Shown piece by piece: positions 38,221 through 50,897 of a stretch of DNA of 64,000 bases. Origin of the DNA: Gemmatimonadota bacterium. Lineage in GTDB: Bacteria > Gemmatimonadota > Gemmatimonadetes > Palauibacterales > Palauibacteraceae. The notes beneath the pieces were generated by a model. That model had not been told where the DNA came from. It worked only from the letters and a program-made list of their open reading frames with translations, and searched no databases. Positions within the stretch are counted from its first letter, which is position 1. The number at the start of each line of letters is the position of its first letter. The DNA lies in assembly GCA_963666735.1 (NCBI GenBank), contig OY762926.1:192001-256000 (forward strand), read 5' to 3'. The position numbers and the translations under genes are program-made.

Positions 38221-39341
38221 GCCGCCCCACTCCGCGCGTCGCCACGGACGTTGCCCCCCGCGTCGCCCCCCGCGTCGCCCCGGACGTCGCCGACGTGTCG
38301 TCGTGCCTCGGCGACCATGACGAACGCTCCCAGGATCGTCCCGAAGAACGTCGTGAGCAGCCGCCAGCCCACGACCCACAGCACCGTCACCTCGGCGAGC
38401 AGCACCCGGTTCATCATCAGCCCCGTCGAGGCCTCGGCGACGCCGGAGGCGCCCGGCGTGGGCGCGAAGTAGAGGAGGATGTGCTGCAGAAGCTGGAGTC
38501 CGATGAAGGAGAAGTCGACCTGCCCCTGGAGCGCCGCCGCGAGGACGTAGCCCATGAAGTACTTGTTGAGGTAGAGGACGGCGGTCGCGGCGCACACCCA
38601 GACGAGCGTCACCTTTCCGCGCGAGGCCACCGCCCGGACCCCCGCGGCCAGCCGTTCGATCTCACGGCTCAGCAGGCGCCGTCCCGCCGCGGCCCAGCGC
38701 CGGACCCGCGTCCCCCGTCTCGATACCGCGTTGAGCAAGCGTCGGAGCAGCCGAACGGTTTGCCGCCGGGCCGCGACCGCCGAAATCAGCAGCCCGGCCA
38801 GCAGCGCAATGACCGCCACCGCGACGGCAAGCGCGACCAGCACTCCCCGGGACAACGCCCCGCCCGGCAGAAACCCCAGGGCGGCGAGGCCGCCCAGCGC
38901 GAAGAAAAGCAGCGTGGCCACGAACGTCAGCAGCGAGCAGAGGATCGCCTCGGACAACCGCGCCCCGCGCCGGCACAGCACGTAGAGCTGCGCGGCGCCG
39001 CCGCCGGTCTGTGCCGGGGTGATCGCGCCCAGCAGCATGTTCGCCCAGTTCGCCCGCATGCAGTGCCACAGCGAAACGCGCGAGAAGACGCGGCCGTCGA
39101 GGAGCAGTCGATAGCGCACGCCGCCCAGCGTGAAGTCGAGCGCGAGCAGCGCCAGCAGGGCGATGGCGAAGGTTGGCGTGATGCGAGCGAGGATGCTGTC
39201 GAGTTCCGAAGGCGGGCGCCACCGGATGAGCGCCAGGAGTCCCAGCACGGTGAGCCCGCCGAACGCGAGCGCGCCGATGATGAGCTTGCTTCGCGCGGGT
39301 ACGGGGGAACTCGGCAGGGAACTCGGTTGGGGACTCGCCAC
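38217..39341 (-). CDS. Lysylphosphatidylglycerol-synthase TM (UPF0104) flippase-like protein
   Basis: ITPAQTGG, APTPGASGVAE and WRLLT motifs; multiple TM segments. Confidence 0.82.
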   Translation of the reverse strand: MASPQPSSLPSSPVPARSKLIIGALAFGGLTVLGLLALIRWRPPSELDSILARITPTFAIALLALLALDFTLGGVRYRLLLDGRVFSRVSLWHCMRANWANMLLGAITPAQTGGGAAQLYVLCRRGARLSEAILCSLLTFVATLLFFALGGLAALGFLPGGALSRGVLVALAVAVAVIALLAGLLISAVAARRQTVRLLRRLLNAVSRRGTRVRRWAAAGRRLLSREIERLAAGVRAVASRGKVTLVWVCAATAVLYLNKYFMGYVLAAALQGQVDFSFIGLQLLQHILLYFAPTPGASGVAEASTGLMMNRVLLAEVTVLWVVGWRLLTTFFGTILGAFVMVAEARRHVGDVRGDAGGDAGGNVRGDARSGAA

Positions 39342-39503
39342 TCGTCCTGTTTTCCTTGGGCCGGAGTACTCGCGCGCACAACGTATCGGCGGGAGAACGA
39401 AAGGGTCTACTACACCTCGCCTACGCCTCGCGGCGGCCGGTGAGATTCAGCGAGCCCGCGCGGACCGTGAGCCGCGCGGGGCGCATGGCGGGGAAGTGGG
39501 GCG

Positions 39504-40418
39504 CTACCTGCCGGTGTTGGCGATGGATTCGCGGATCTTCTCTACGGTGAGCGCGGTCCGGTAGGCCTGGAGCTTGCGGCCGATCTCGATCGTCTTCTCC
39601 TTCGGCGCGATCGGGACGCCGTTGATCTTCGCCAGCCCCGCCTTCACGCGCTGGTCGTAGCGGACCACGGTGGGGTCGACGGTCATCATCAGGCTCGTGA
39701 TCCCGAAGCTGTCGTGGATGCCGTCGTTCTCCGTCTCCACGATCCCGAGTTCGGACTCGAGGAAGTCTCCGCCTCCGTAGCGGTAGTACTCGGGGATGTG
39801 GTGCGCGTGGGCGTCGCCCCAGCGCTCGTTGAGGCGCGCTGCGACGTTTGCCATGCCCTGCACGTTTCCGCCGCTGTCGCCGATGAAGACGATGTGCTCG
39901 AAGCCGTGGGCCCGGAGGCTCGAAGCGACGTCATCGAGGACCGCTTCGAACGTCTCCTGGCGGAGCGAGATCGTGCCGGGATAGCGCATGTGGCCGGACG
40001 GTTCGTCGATGTCGCCCTCGGGGACGAGCTTCATGATCGGCGCGCAGAGGGCATTGCCCAGTTCGCGGGCGATCGCCTCGCACGTCCCCTGCAGCACGTA
40101 GTTGTGTTTGCCGGTCGCAACGTAGGGGCCGTTCTGCTCGATCCCGCCCGTGGAGACGATCGCGATGCCGTATCCGTCGGCCATCATGTCGCGGACTTCC
40201 ATCCAGGTGAGCTCCTCGATCCAGATCGAGTCGAACATCTCGATCGGGCGCTCCGAGACGAGTTCGGCGTCGATCCGGGCCTCGTACTCGGCCATGAGGC
40301 GGGTGCGCTCCTCAGGCGTCATCTCCTGGTTCTGGCCGGTGGCTCCGGCGGGGACCGCGAGGGGGATCGCCGCAAATGCGACCAGCGCGGTCAGAGTCGA
40401 GCGGGCGTGCATCATCAT
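39504..40418 (-). CDS. Creatininase-family amidohydrolase with signal peptide
   Basis: EELTW.E, GGIEQNGP..GKH, PGTISL and GDSGGN; AGGAGG Shine-Dalgarno. Confidence 0.85.
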   Translation of the reverse strand: MMMHARSTLTALVAFAAIPLAVPAGATGQNQEMTPEERTRLMAEYEARIDAELVSERPIEMFDSIWIEELTWMEVRDMMADGYGIAIVSTGGIEQNGPYVATGKHNYVLQGTCEAIARELGNALCAPIMKLVPEGDIDEPSGHMRYPGTISLRQETFEAVLDDVASSLRAHGFEHIVFIGDSGGNVQGMANVAARLNERWGDAHAHHIPEYYRYGGGDFLESELGIVETENDGIHDSFGITSLMMTVDPTVVRYDQRVKAGLAKINGVPIAPKEKTIEIGRKLQAYRTALTVEKIRESIANTGR

Positions 40419-40550
40419 CTTCCTCCTGTTTCCTTGTGCAACCGCGTGGTATTTCACGTCATATTTCGGATGACATTTCACGGTCGAACAAGTGTCGTAG
40501 CTGCACAAGTGTCTGGTCCGGGGAAGCCGGACGGCAAGGGGATCAACACC

Positions 40551-43500
40551 ATGGCAGATCGAAGCGGTCGGCGGGCGGAGCCGATCGCGATCATCGGGAT
40601 GGCGTGCCGTTTCCCGGGTGCGGAGGACCTGGCCGCCTTTTGGCGGATGCTGGATGCGGGCGGGAGCGGGGTCATCGAAGGGGTTCCCGGCTCCGGCGTC
40701 GGGCGCGTCGGCGAACTGTTTTCCGAGAGCGAGGGAAAGAGGCCGGCCTGCCGATTCGGTGCCTATCTGGACGGGCTCGACCAGTTCGACGCGGCCTTCT
40801 TCCGCATCTCGCCCGTGGAGGCGCAACTGCTCGATCCCCAGCAGCGGCTGATGCTGGAGACGTGCTGGCGGGCGGTGGAGGACGCGGGCATGGCCCCCGA
40901 CCGCCTGAAGGGCAGCCGCACCGGCGTGTACGCGGGGATCAGCAACAACGAGTATCGCGGGCTCATTCTGGACACCCTTCCCCCGGACGAGCCCGCCGTC
41001 AGCCTCTATTCCGTCACCGGAACCTCCTTCAACACCGCCATCGGCCGGGTTGCCTTCGCCCTCGGGCTTGAAGGTCCGGCGCTGGCATTGGATACCGCCT
41101 GCTCTTCCTCGCTCGTCGCGATCCATGCGGCAGCGACCGGCCTCCAGCGGGGCGAGGCGGACCTGGCGCTTGCCGGTGGCGTGCATGCGATCCTCTCGGG
41201 CCGCCTCCTGGAGATGCGGGCCAACGCCGGAATGCTGTCGCCGGACGGGCGTTGCGCCACCTTCGATGCGGCGGCGAACGGCTATGTCCGCGGTGAAGGC
41301 TGCGGGATCGTTGTGCTCAAGCGCCTCGCCGAGGCGGAAGCCGATGGCGACCGCATCTGGGCCGTGGTGCGCGGCTCGGCGCTCAACCAGGATGGTGCCA
41401 GCCCCGGATTGACCGTGCCGAGCGGGCCCGCGCAGGAGAAGGTCATCCAGGCCGCACTGCAGCAGGCAGGCCTCGATCCCGCCCAGGTGGACTACGTCGA
41501 GGCACACGGCACGGGTACGGAAGTCGGCGATCCGATCGAGGCCCAGGCGACCGGTAGCGCGTACGCCCGCGGCCGGGACCCCGGGCGGCCGCTGCTCATC
41601 GGCTCGGTCAAGACCAACATCGGTCATCTCGAAGCGGCGGCCGGGGTCGCCGGCGTGATCAAGACCGTGCTCGCCATGAGGCGGGGCGTCATCCCGAGAC
41701 ACCTGCACTTCCGGGACCCAAGTCCGGAAATCCCCTGGGAGCGTCTGCCGCTGCAAGTGACGGCGACACCCACGGACTGGCCCGACAGGTCCGGGGCGCC
41801 GCCGCGGGCGGGGGTGAGCGGCTTCGGCTGGTCGGGGACCAACGCCCATCTCGTGCTGGAGGGGTACGGCGACCGGGAGGGCTTCGCCGCACAGGTCCCA
41901 GGGTCCTGGACCGACGGCTCGCCACGGTCCATCGCCGTCTCGCTGCCGGTCTCTTTCAATGGAGCCACGCCGGTCGCGGAGACCCTCGCGCCGAGGGGCA
42001 AGCGCTTTCTACCGCTTGCCGCGCGCACGGATCAAGCCCTCCGTGACCTCGCGGGACGATACCGGTCGTGGATGGACGACCGCGCCGGGGGACTCGCCGC
42101 CGATGAGGCCGCCAGCGCACGGTTGCTCGCCGACATGGCGTGGTCGGCTGCCATCGGACGCACCCATTTCGAGCACCGCGCGGGCGTCGTGTTCCACGAT
42201 GCCGATTCCCTGCACGAATCTCTCCGCGCGCTCCAGGAGGCGGACGAGACGCCGGCGTCGCGCGCCGCGAAGCGGGTGGCCTTCGTATGTACGGGACAGG
42301 CGAGCCAGTGGCCGGGCATGGGCGCGGCGCTCTATGCGAGCGAACCCGTGGTGCGCGCGGTGCTGGACCGCTGCGATGCCTTGCTTGCGGAGGAGCGGGG
42401 CGCTTCGCTCCTGGACGTGATGTTCGATCGAACGGGTGTCGGCGCCGGCGACCTGGACGATCCGCGATGGAAGCAGCCTGCGATCTACGCACTGGAGTGC
42501 GCGCTCGCGGCTCTGTGGGAGAGTGTGGGCGTGCGGCCGGACGTCGTCCTCGGCCACAGTCTGGGCGAAATTGCGGCGGCGCACACCGCCGGCGTGTTCA
42601 GCCTGGAGGAGGGTCTGCGTTTCGCCGCGGCGAGGGGCGCGCTGATCGGGGCGCTCCCCGGCGACGGCGCCATGGCGGTGGTCTTTGCTCCGCCCTCCCG
42701 CGTCGAGGAGGCGCTGGACGAACACAACGCGACCTCCGATGGCATCGGCCTCTGTGTCGCGGCGGACAACGGCGCCCATCAGGCGATCAGCGGCCCGGCG
42801 GTGGAGATCGAGGAGATCCTGGAGCGCTTCGAGGCGGCCGGAGTGCGCGTCGCGCGGCTGCGGAAGAGCCCGGCCTATCACAGCGCGATGGTCGATCCGG
42901 CCCTGGACGACCTCGAGGCCGCCTTGGCCGAGACCGCCTTCGCGCCGCCTTCCCTCACCTTCGTCAGCAACCTGACGGGCCGCGCGCTGGGGGCCGGCCA
43001 GGCGCCCGATGCCGCGTATTGGCGGCGTCAGGCGCGCGAGCCGGTGGCCTTCCGGGCCGGCGTCGAAACCCTGGCGGAGATCGGCGTGGACGCGGTAATC
43101 GAGGTCGGACCCCATGCCGTGCTGGGGCCGATGACGACCATGGCCTGGCCGGAGGCCTCCGGAACCGCGCCACCGGTGGCCCTCTCGAGCCTCCTGCGAC
43201 CGGCGAAGGGCGAGGAGGCGCCAGCGGCGGGCGCGGGCGGCGGCTTCGTGGAGGCGGTTGCCGGCGCCTGGGAGGCGGGGCTGCCGGTGTCCTTCCCGGG
43301 ACTCTTCGCGGGAGAGGCTCGTCGCCGGATCGCGTTGCCGGATTATCCCTTCCAACGCGAGAGCTATTGGATCGAGGCGCCCCGGCGGCGGCGCTCGGAT
43401 GCCGGCCACCCCCTTCTTGGCGCGCGCCACGAGTCCGCGAGCGGGGAGATTGCTTTCGACACGGAGGTCTTCCCTTCGGACCCGGCGTGGCTCAGCGACC

Positions 43501-46500
43501 ATCGGGTCTTTGGCCGCCTGATCGCGCCGGGCGCGCTGTATGGCGCCATGGCCGCCTCGGCCGGCCGCGCCGGGGGAAGCGAAGCGGTGGTCATAGAAGA
43601 CTTCCAGATCCGGAGCGCCCTGGTCTTCCCCAACCAGGACGGCCAGGAGGGCGCCGGCGAGACGGCGCGTCGGGTGCAGGTGCTCCTCGACTTCCCCGAG
43701 GACGAACCGTCTCGCCGGGTCCGTGTCCTGAGCCGGGCCGAGGGCGAGGAGGGGTGGACGCTGCACGCCGAGGGTCGGATCGGGGCGGGCGTGGCCGGTG
43801 GCCTCCAGGGGGCGGCGCTCGACGTCGAAGCGGCGAAGACCGAACTCTCTCCGGTGGACCTTGGGGGCTACTATCGCGCGAAGGCTTCGGTGGGAATCGA
43901 TCTCGGCCCGGCCTTCCGCACCGTGGAGGCGCTTTGGTCCAGCCCCGGCGAGGCCATCGCCGAAGTGAGGCTCGATCCCGGCTTCGAGCGGACGCCGCTC
44001 GACGTACACCCCCTCGTGCTGGACGGCTGCTTCCAGGCCTTCGGTGCGGCGCGCAACCCCGACGGCGCCGCCGAAGGCATCACCTATCTCCCCTTCGCGT
44101 GGGAACGCTTGTGGCTGGCTGGCCGTTTGCCGGATCGGCTCGTATGCCATGTGCGGATGCGCGAGGGGCCGGATCGCGCGGTCGCGGACGCGCGCGATGA
44201 CGAACTCCGCGAGGTTCAGGTAGCCGACCTCCGGCTCTACGACCCCGACGGGACGCCGGTCGGAGAACTCGCCGGGTTCACCGTGAAGCGGGCGACACGG
44301 GCGGCGCTCCTCTCGGCCGTCGAAGGAGTCGACGAGCTTCTCTACGAGGTGACCTGGCGGGACCGCGCTCTCGAGGCCGGCATCGCGCCCGCCGATTTCC
44401 TGACGAGTCCGTCGGAGGTCGCCGCGACGACCAGTCTCTTCACCGGCTACCTGGAGAATGAGGGGGTCGGCGCCGAGGACCGGGCGGCGCTGTTGGCGGA
44501 CCTGGAGCAGCTGTCCCGGGCGTACGCTCTCCAGACTCTGGATGCGCTGGGCTGGCGACGCGTGAGCGGAGAATCCGTCGATTCCGCCGAGCTGCGGGAG
44601 CGCTTGGGCGTTGGTTCGGAGCACGAGCGGCTGTTCCGGCGGATGCTCGAGATGCAGGTCCGCGCCGGGGTGCTCGAGCAGGCGGGCGATGGTTTCGTCG
44701 TGACCGTGGCGTCCGGCGAGCCGCTGCCGGAGGGGCTTTCCGGCGACCCCGATGCGGTGGCGGAGCAGATGGCGGCGCGGTACTCGCACGGCACGACGGA
44801 GATCGGTCTGTTCCGGCGCAGCGCCGGCGCCCTGGCCGAGGTGCTCCAGGGTCGCATGGATCCGTTGACGCTGCTCTTCAGCAGCGGCGAGCCGACGGCC
44901 GCCGATCTTTATATGAAGGCGCCGGTGGCCCGCGCGGCGAACCGTCTGTTGGCGGATGCGACGGCGGCGCTCCTGAGCGCGATGCCTGCCGGGCGCAGGC
45001 TGCGCGTGCTGGAGGTCGGCGCCGGCACCGGGTCGGGGACGGCGGCCGTGCTCCCGGAACTGCCGGAGGGAAGCTACGACTACACATACACCGACATCTC
45101 GGCCGGCTTCTTCTCGGAGGCGGAATCCCGCTTCGGCGCCGCCGAGGCGTCGATCGACTACCGGGCGCTCGATATCGAGAAGGACCCCGTGGCGCAGGGG
45201 GTCGATCGCCACGGCTACGACCTGGTCATCGCCTCCAACGTCCTCCACGCGACGCGTTATCTGAACGAGACGCTGGAACACTGCCTCGCGGCGCTCTCCC
45301 CGTCGGGGCAGCTGATTGCGCTCGAGAATCTGCGCGGGCAGGGGTGGCTCGACCTAACGTTCGGGCAGCTGGACGGCTGGTGGCGGTTCGCCGACCATTA
45401 CCGCCCGCACCACGCGCTCGCGACCCCCGCCGTCTGGCGACAGGCGCTCGCAGACGCCGGCTTCGAAGACATCGCGATCCTCGGCTTCGACGAGTCGGAC
45501 CCGAATGCGAACCCGGACCGGGGCGTGATCGTGGCGCAGGGTCCGGCGGAAGTCACGAGAGAGCCCGGGACGTGGGTTCTGGCCGCCGACCGGGGTGACG
45601 TTGCGGCTGAACTCGCGAACACGCTCGCGGCGCACAACCAGACGGCCGTGCTCGCCGGCGCGGCGACGGGCTCCGGCGAGCTTTCCGAGGCGGCCGGCGC
45701 GGGCGTCGTCGATGCGTCCGTGGAAGCCGAGCGGCGCGAATCCTGGGCCGCGCTGCTCGATGGCCTGCCCTCCGATCCGCCGCTCGCGGGCGTCGTGCAC
45801 CTGGGAGGACTGGATGGCCACGGCGCCACGGCGACCACCGACGAATTGGCGGAGGATGCGCGCCGCGCTGCGGCGAGTGCCCTCGCCCTGACGCAGGCGT
45901 TGGCGGAGAGCGAGGTGCTCCCGTCAAAGGGTCTCTGGTTCCTGACGCGCGGCGGCCAGATGGTGGAACGCGAGCGCGGTGGCGAGCTGGTCGGCGCCAC
46001 GTTGTGGGGCTTCGGCAAGGTCGCCGCCCGGGAGGCGCCCCAGCTTCAGCCGAGGATGCTGGATCTCGATCCCGCCGATGAGGCGCTCACGCCCGACCTC
46101 GTGAACGAGCTTCTAAATCCGGATGCGGAAACCCACATCGCCTATCGCTTCGGCCGCCGCCAGGGTGCGCGGCTGGTTCGCGCCGCGACCGTCCCGGATC
46201 GGTTGTCGCTGCCGGAGGAGCCGGGATGGGAGCTGCAGCCCGATCCGGGTGGGTCCCTCGAAGCCCTCGGGGTGATGTCGGTGCCCGAAAGCTTGCTGGC
46301 GCCCGGAGAGATCCGCGCCGCGATCGAGGCTTTCGGGCTCAACTTCCGCGACGTGTTCATCGCGGTCGGACTCGTCGATGATTTCATGGGCGGGGAGTTC
46401 TGCGGCCGGGTGCTCGAAGTCGGGGAGGGCGTCACGAGCGTCGCGGTCGGAGACCGCGTCGTCGGCATGACGTTCCGGAACTATGGCGCCGAGACCATAA

Positions 46501-49500
46501 CCCTCGAAGCGATGGTCGTGCCCGCGCCACCGGGCTTCTCGGTTACGGAACTGGCGACCATCCCGACGGCGTTCGTGTCGGCGGCGCTCTCATTCGAGCT
46601 CTCGGGACTCGACGCCGGCGACTGCGTGCTCATCCACGCCGGCGCGGGCGGAGTCGGTCTCGCGGCGATCCAGCTGGCCCGGGCGGCGGGTGCCGAGGTC
46701 TTCGCCACGGCGAGCGCGCGCAAGCGCGACTTCGTGCGCTCGCTCGGGGTGAAGCATGTGTTCGACAGCCGCACGACGGCCTTCGGCGCGGAGATCCTCG
46801 CGGCCACGGGCGGGACGGGTGTCGACATGGTGCTCAACAGCCTGACGGGCGAGGGCTTCATCGAGGCGAGCCTCTCCTGCCTCGCCGAAGGCGGCCGCTT
46901 CGTGGAAATGGGTCGGGTCGACATCCTGAGCGAAGAGGAGATGGCGGCGGTACGCCCCGACGTGCAGTACGCCATCCTCATGATCGACGTCCTCAAGGAA
47001 GAAGAACCCGCCAGGGCCGGAGAGCTCCTGCGCGGCGTCATGGAGCGGATGGTGGCCGGCGAACTGACGCCGCTCATCCACGCCCGGTGGCCGGTGGCCG
47101 AGACGGGCGCGGCGATGAAGTGCATGCAGGGCGCGCGGCATGTCGGCAAGATCGTGCTCGCCAACTCACCGCTCGCGCGGGGGACGTTGCGCGAAGACCG
47201 CACCTACCTGGTGACGGGAGGCCTGGGCGGCCTCGGCGTGGTCGTGGCGGGCTGGCTGGCCGATCGCGGCGCCGGCGCCATCGTGCTCAACGGCCGCCGC
47301 CCGCCCGCCCCGGAGGTCAGCGAGGCGATCGAAGCGCTGCGGGGGCGCGGGGCCACCGTAGGGGTGGAGCTCGCCGATGTGACGGACGACGCCGCGCTGG
47401 ACGCCATGCTGGCTCGCATGGATGCGGATCTCCCGCCGCTCGCGGGCGTGATCCACAGCGTCGGCGTGCTGTCGGACGCCACGATCGGGAACCAGAGCTG
47501 GGAGACGTTCGAGCGGGTTCTGTGGCCGAAGATGTTGGGGGCCTGGCACCTGCACCGGGCGACCGCGGGGCGCGACCTCGACATGTTCGTGCTCTTCTCC
47601 AGCGTCGCGGGCATCCTGGGCAACCCGGGCCAGGCGAACCACGCGGCGGCCAACGCATACCTCGACCAGCTCGCCGGCTATCGCCGGTCGCAGGGGCTCC
47701 CGGGCCAGGCCATCGCCTGGGGCGCGTGGTCGGATATCGGCGAAGCCGAGGAACAGCGGGAACGGTTCGACCGGCAGCGGTCGGCGCTGGGAGGTCGCTG
47801 GTTCACGCCGCGGCAGGGGTTGAGGGCGCTCGACCGGCTCGTGCGGCAGGACGCCACCACGTCCGTCGTCATGGCGATGGACTGGGACGTGTTCGAGGAG
47901 GCCGTGGAGGAGCCACCGCGCCTGGTCGAGGATCTGCTGTCCGCGGCCGCCGAGGCGGGGGCGGATGACGCGGAAGGGGCCGAAGATATCCTCACGCGCG
48001 TCGGCGGGACGCCCGCAGCTGAACGGGAGGCGCTCCTCGCGTCGTTCGTGCAGGCGGAAGTGCGGGCGGTGCTGCGATTGCCCTCGGCCCCGGCCCCCAC
48101 GGTCGGCTTCTTCGATCTCGGGATGGACTCGCTCATGGCCGTGGAGCTGCGGAACCGGTTGAACCGGGCCCTGTCCGGGGCCTACAGCGCGCCCAACACG
48201 CTCGTGTTCGACTACCCCAACATTACGGAACTGGCCGCGCACCTGGCGAAGGAACTCGACGATGGGGGCGCTTCGCCCGCGGGCGCGCCGGAGCTTGCCT
48301 CGGAGGTCCGGGACCAGGCGTCGCAGCGCGACGAGGAGGGGGACGGTGGCGTCGCGATCGTCGGCATGGCATGCCGCTTCCCCGGCGCGCCGGACCTCGC
48401 CGCCTTCTGGCGCCAGCTGGAGGCTCGGACCGACGCGGTGACGGACGGACGCCGGGATGCCGGGCCCTGGACGGGCGTGGCCGGCGATCCCGCCTCCGAC
48501 GATGACTACTCGCGCCACGGCGCGTTCCTTGAGGACATCGACAAGTTCGACGCGCGCTTCTTCGGGATCAGGCCGATCGAGGCCCGGATGATGGACCCGC
48601 GTCAGCGCCTGCTGCTCGAGACGACGTGGCACGCTCTGGAGGACGCGGGTCTGGATCCGGTGCAGCTCAAGGGCACGAGCACCGGCGTCTACACCGGCGT
48701 GACCACCGGAGATTACCGGGATCTCGCCGTGGCCAGCGGCGAAGGACCCGGCTACCTCGGGACGACGATGAGCGTGACCGCGGGCCGGATCTCGTTCGCC
48801 CTCGGCCTTACCGGTCCCGCTGTGCCTCTGGACCTGGCCTGTGCTTCCTCGCTCGTGGCCGTACATCAGGCCGCCGCCGCACTTCGACAGGGCGAGGTGG
48901 GAGTCGCGCTCGCGGGAGGCGTCAACGCGATCCTGTGGCCGGGGACGACGGAGTTGATGAAGGAAGTCGGGTTGCTCTCCGCGAGTGGGCGTTGCCATAG
49001 CTTCGACGCGGCGGCGGACGGGTTTGTGCGTGGTGAAGGCTGCGGCATGGTCGTCCTCAAGCGGCTCGCCGATGCCAGGGCGGACGGCGACCGAGTCTGG
49101 GGGGTAATCCGCGGTTCGGCCGTCAACCAGAACGGGGCGAGCGCGGGGCTCACCGTCCCGAACGGCCCGGCCCAGGAGCGTGTGATCGAGGATGCGCTCG
49201 CCCAGGCGGGCGTCTCGCCGGCCGAGGTGGACTATCTGGAGGCGCACGCCGCGGGGTCCGATCTCGGAGATCCGATCGAGGTGCAGGCGGCCGCGACGGT
49301 CTACGGCCGGGGACGGGACGCGGACCGGCCGCTCCTCATTGGTTCCGTGAAGACGAATATCGGCCATCTCGAGTGCGCGGCCGGGATCGCCAGCCTCATC
49401 AAGGCGGTGCTCGCCATGAACGAGGGCCGGATCCCGCCGCAACTGCACTTCCACGAGCCGAACCCCCATCTGGCGTGGGGTCAGCTCCCCGTGCGGGTCG

Positions 49501-50897
49501 CGGCCGAGCCCACCGCGTGGCCGTCCGACGGTGATCGGCCACCGCGCGCGGGCGTAAGTTCGTTCGGCATTTCGGGGACGAACGCGCACGTCGTGGTCGA
49601 GGGGAGCGGGAGCGCGGACCAGGCGTTGATCGAGAACGGCGCGCGGATGCCCGCCGGCGCATCGGTCACGGTTCCGGTCGCTCTGCCGGAGACGGAGGGC
49701 GCGCCGTCGCCCGTGGACGCTGTCGCTCCCCGGAATACGCGTCTCCTGCCGCTATCCGCAAAGTCGCCGGAGGCGCTGCGGGAGCTGGCGAAGCTCTATC
49801 TCGAGTGGTTGGAGAAACACGGCGGAGCGCCGTCCGGCGGCGATGGCGCCGCGTCCTCATCGCTCGCGGACATGGCGTGGACCGCCGGCGTGGGGCGGAG
49901 TCACTTTCCCCACCGGGCCGGCATCGTGTTCGGCGACGGTGCGTCGCTTCGAGATGAACTGAGCGTCCTCGCCGAACGGCCTGTCGAGGGAGGATCTCAC
50001 GGGAACCGCGAAGCCGACACCCCCCCGAGGGTGGCCTTCGTCTACACGGGAGAAGGCGGCGCGAGCGAGGGGGCGGGGCAGGGGCTCTACGATCGCGAGC
50101 CAGTCGTGCGCGCGATCCTGGACCGCTGCGACCAGGCGTTGAGGAAGGCGCGGGACGGCGCGTCGCTGCTCGACGTGATGTTCGGGCGGGAGAACGCCCG
50201 GGGGACGCTGAGTGACCCCGAGTGGGCGCAGCCCGCCGTCTACGCGCTGGGTTGCGCGCTCACCGCGCTGTGGGTGAGCGCCGGCGTCCGCCCCGGCGCG
50301 GTGGCGGGAGAGGACGTGGGCGAACTGACCGCGGCCTGGGCCGCCGGCGTCTTCAGTCTGGAGGACGGACTGAGACTCGCCGCGACGAGGGGCGCCGCGA
50401 TGGCCAGACCGAAACAGCGCTTGGCGGCCGCGATGCCCGTCGACGAAATGGACGGTGCCGGACGGGATCCGCTGGATGACCTGGAGGCCGCTGCGCAGGA
50501 CATCGACGTCTCACCGCCTTCAGTTGCGATGATCAGTCAGGTGACCGGCCGAAGGATGGATCCCCGGCAGGCGCCCGACGCCACCTATTGGCGCGAGCAG
50601 GCGCGAGCGTCGCGGAGTCGCCGGCGTCTTTCCGCCGCCTTGGCGGATCTGGGCGTGGACCTCGTGCTCGACGTCGGCCCGGCCGCCGTGGGGCCGACGG
50701 CGCTTGCCGACTGGCCGGGCGGCACGGAGGGCGCGGACGGTCCCGATGACGCGTTCGCGTTCTCAGTGGCGCGGGCGTACGAGACCGGCCTGCCGGTCTC
50801 CTTCGCAGGGCTGTTCGCCGGCGAAGCGCGGCGCCGGATCCCGCTTCCGGGCTACCCGTTCCAGCGCAGGCGCCACTGGATCGAGACGAGCGCTTGA
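40551..50897 (+). CDS. supA: SupA-like type I PKS: KS-AT-DH-cMT-ER-KR-ACP-KS-AT(degenerate), 3448 aa
   Basis: DTACSSS/HGTGT/NIGHLE; GHSLG; HRVFG...[34 protein letters not shown]; second KS DLACASS/HAAGS; second AT GEDVG; no TE domain. The domain order matches sponge-symbiont SupA. Confidence 0.88.
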   Translation: MADRSGRRAEPIAIIGMACRFPGAEDLAAFWRMLDAGGSGVIEGVPGSGVGRVGELFSESEGKRPACRFGAYLDGLDQFDAAFFRISPVEAQLLDPQQRLMLETCWRAVEDAGMAPDRLKGSRTGVYAGISNNEYRGLILDTLPPDEPAVSLYSVTGTSFNTAIGRVAFALGLEGPALALDTACSSSLVAIHAAATGLQRGEADLALAGGVHAILSGRLLEMRANAGMLSPDGRCATFDAAANGYVRGEGCGIVVLKRLAEAEADGDRIWAVVRGSALNQDGASPGLTVPSGPAQEKVIQAALQQAGLDPAQVDYVEAHGTGTEVGDPIEAQATGSAYARGRDPGRPLLIGSVKTNIGHLEAAAGVAGVIKTVLAMRRGVIPRHLHFRDPSPEIPWERLPLQVTATPTDWPDRSGAPPRAGVSGFGWSGTNAHLVLEGYGDREGFAAQVPGSWTDGSPRSIAVSLPVSFNGATPVAETLAPRGKRFLPLAARTDQALRDLAGRYRSWMDDRAGGLAADEAASARLLADMAWSAAIGRTHFEHRAGVVFHDADSLHESLRALQEADETPASRAAKRVAFVCTGQASQWPGMGAALYASEPVVRAVLDRCDALLAEERGASLLDVMFDRTGVGAGDLDDPRWKQPAIYALECALAALWESVGVRPDVVLGHSLGEIAAAHTAGVFSLEEGLRFAAARGALIGALPGDGAMAVVFAPPSRVEEALDEHNATSDGIGLCVAADNGAHQAISGPAVEIEEILERFEAAGVRVARLRKSPAYHSAMVDPALDDLEAALAETAFAPPSLTFVSNLTGRALGAGQAPDAAYWRRQAREPVAFRAGVETLAEIGVDAVIEVGPHAVLGPMTTMAWPEASGTAPPVALSSLLRPAKGEEAPAAGAGGGFVEAVAGAWEAGLPVSFPGLFAGEARRRIALPDYPFQRESYWIEAPRRRRSDAGHPLLGARHESASGEIAFDTEVFPSDPAWLSDHRVFGRLIAPGALYGAMAASAGRAGGSEAVVIEDFQIRSALVFPNQDGQEGAGETARRVQVLLDFPEDEPSRRVRVLSRAEGEEGWTLHAEGRIGAGVAGGLQGAALDVEAAKTELSPVDLGGYYRAKASVGIDLGPAFRTVEALWSSPGEAIAEVRLDPGFERTPLDVHPLVLDGCFQAFGAARNPDGAAEGITYLPFAWERLWLAGRLPDRLVCHVRMREGPDRAVADARDDELREVQVADLRLYDPDGTPVGELAGFTVKRATRAALLSAVEGVDELLYEVTWRDRALEAGIAPADFLTSPSEVAATTSLFTGYLENEGVGAEDRAALLADLEQLSRAYALQTLDALGWRRVSGESVDSAELRERLGVGSEHERLFRRMLEMQVRAGVLEQAGDGFVVTVASGEPLPEGLSGDPDAVAEQMAARYSHGTTEIGLFRRSAGALAEVLQGRMDPLTLLFSSGEPTAADLYMKAPVARAANRLLADATAALLSAMPAGRRLRVLEVGAGTGSGTAAVLPELPEGSYDYTYTDISAGFFSEAESRFGAAEASIDYRALDIEKDPVAQGVDRHGYDLVIASNVLHATRYLNETLEHCLAALSPSGQLIALENLRGQGWLDLTFGQLDGWWRFADHYRPHHALATPAVWRQALADAGFEDIAILGFDESDPNANPDRGVIVAQGPAEVTREPGTWVLAADRGDVAAELANTLAAHNQTAVLAGAATGSGELSEAAGAGVVDASVEAERRESWAALLDGLPSDPPLAGVVHLGGLDGHGATATTDELAEDARRAAASALALTQALAESEVLPSKGLWFLTRGGQMVERERGGELVGATLWGFGKVAAREAPQLQPRMLDLDPADEALTPDLVNELLNPDAETHIAYRFGRRQGARLVRAATVPDRLSLPEEPGWELQPDPGGSLEALGVMSVPESLLAPGEIRAAIEAFGLNFRDVFIAVGLVDDFMGGEFCGRVLEVGEGVTSVAVGDRVVGMTFRNYGAETITLEAMVVPAPPGFSVTELATIPTAFVSAALSFELSGLDAGDCVLIHAGAGGVGLAAIQLARAAGAEVFATASARKRDFVRSLGVKHVFDSRTTAFGAEILAATGGTGVDMVLNSLTGEGFIEASLSCLAEGGRFVEMGRVDILSEEEMAAVRPDVQYAILMIDVLKEEEPARAGELLRGVMERMVAGELTPLIHARWPVAETGAAMKCMQGARHVGKIVLANSPLARGTLREDRTYLVTGGLGGLGVVVAGWLADRGAGAIVLNGRRPPAPEVSEAIEALRGRGATVGVELADVTDDAALDAMLARMDADLPPLAGVIHSVGVLSDATIGNQSWETFERVLWPKMLGAWHLHRATAGRDLDMFVLFSSVAGILGNPGQANHAAANAYLDQLAGYRRSQGLPGQAIAWGAWSDIGEAEEQRERFDRQRSALGGRWFTPRQGLRALDRLVRQDATTSVVMAMDWDVFEEAVEEPPRLVEDLLSAAAEAGADDAEGAEDILTRVGGTPAAEREALLASFVQAEVRAVLRLPSAPAPTVGFFDLGMDSLMAVELRNRLNRALSGAYSAPNTLVFDYPNITELAAHLAKELDDGGASPAGAPELASEVRDQASQRDEEGDGGVAIVGMACRFPGAPDLAAFWRQLEARTDAVTDGRRDAGPWTGVAGDPASDDDYSRHGAFLEDIDKFDARFFGIRPIEARMMDPRQRLLLETTWHALEDAGLDPVQLKGTSTGVYTGVTTGDYRDLAVASGEGPGYLGTTMSVTAGRISFALGLTGPAVPLDLACASSLVAVHQAAAALRQGEVGVALAGGVNAILWPGTTELMKEVGLLSASGRCHSFDAAADGFVRGEGCGMVVLKRLADARADGDRVWGVIRGSAVNQNGASAGLTVPNGPAQERVIEDALAQAGVSPAEVDYLEAHAAGSDLGDPIEVQAAATVYGRGRDADRPLLIGSVKTNIGHLECAAGIASLIKAVLAMNEGRIPPQLHFHEPNPHLAWGQLPVRVAAEPTAWPSDGDRPPRAGVSSFGISGTNAHVVVEGSGSADQALIENGARMPAGASVTVPVALPETEGAPSPVDAVAPRNTRLLPLSAKSPEALRELAKLYLEWLEKHGGAPSGGDGAASSSLADMAWTAGVGRSHFPHRAGIVFGDGASLRDELSVLAERPVEGGSHGNREADTPPRVAFVYTGEGGASEGAGQGLYDREPVVRAILDRCDQALRKARDGASLLDVMFGRENARGTLSDPEWAQPAVYALGCALTALWVSAGVRPGAVAGEDVGELTAAWAAGVFSLEDGLRLAATRGAAMARPKQRLAAAMPVDEMDGAGRDPLDDLEAAAQDIDVSPPSVAMISQVTGRRMDPRQAPDATYWREQARASRSRRRLSAALADLGVDLVLDVGPAAVGPTALADWPGGTEGADGPDDAFAFSVARAYETGLPVSFAGLFAGEARRRIPLPGYPFQRRRHWIETSA

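Noticed and set aside
39714..40550. N-terminal 279 aa of the 3727-aa ORF call
   Set aside because: Mostly overlaps the creatininase gene on the other strand; PKS similarity begins at ATG 40551.
42009..49589. Long antisense ORFs (1090 aa and 807 aa) opposite the PKS, and similar ones elsewhere (5954-7591, 26467-28629, 58052-61066)
   Set aside because: Shadow frames expected from high-GC codon bias; no recognisable motifs, and they fully overlap well-supported genes.
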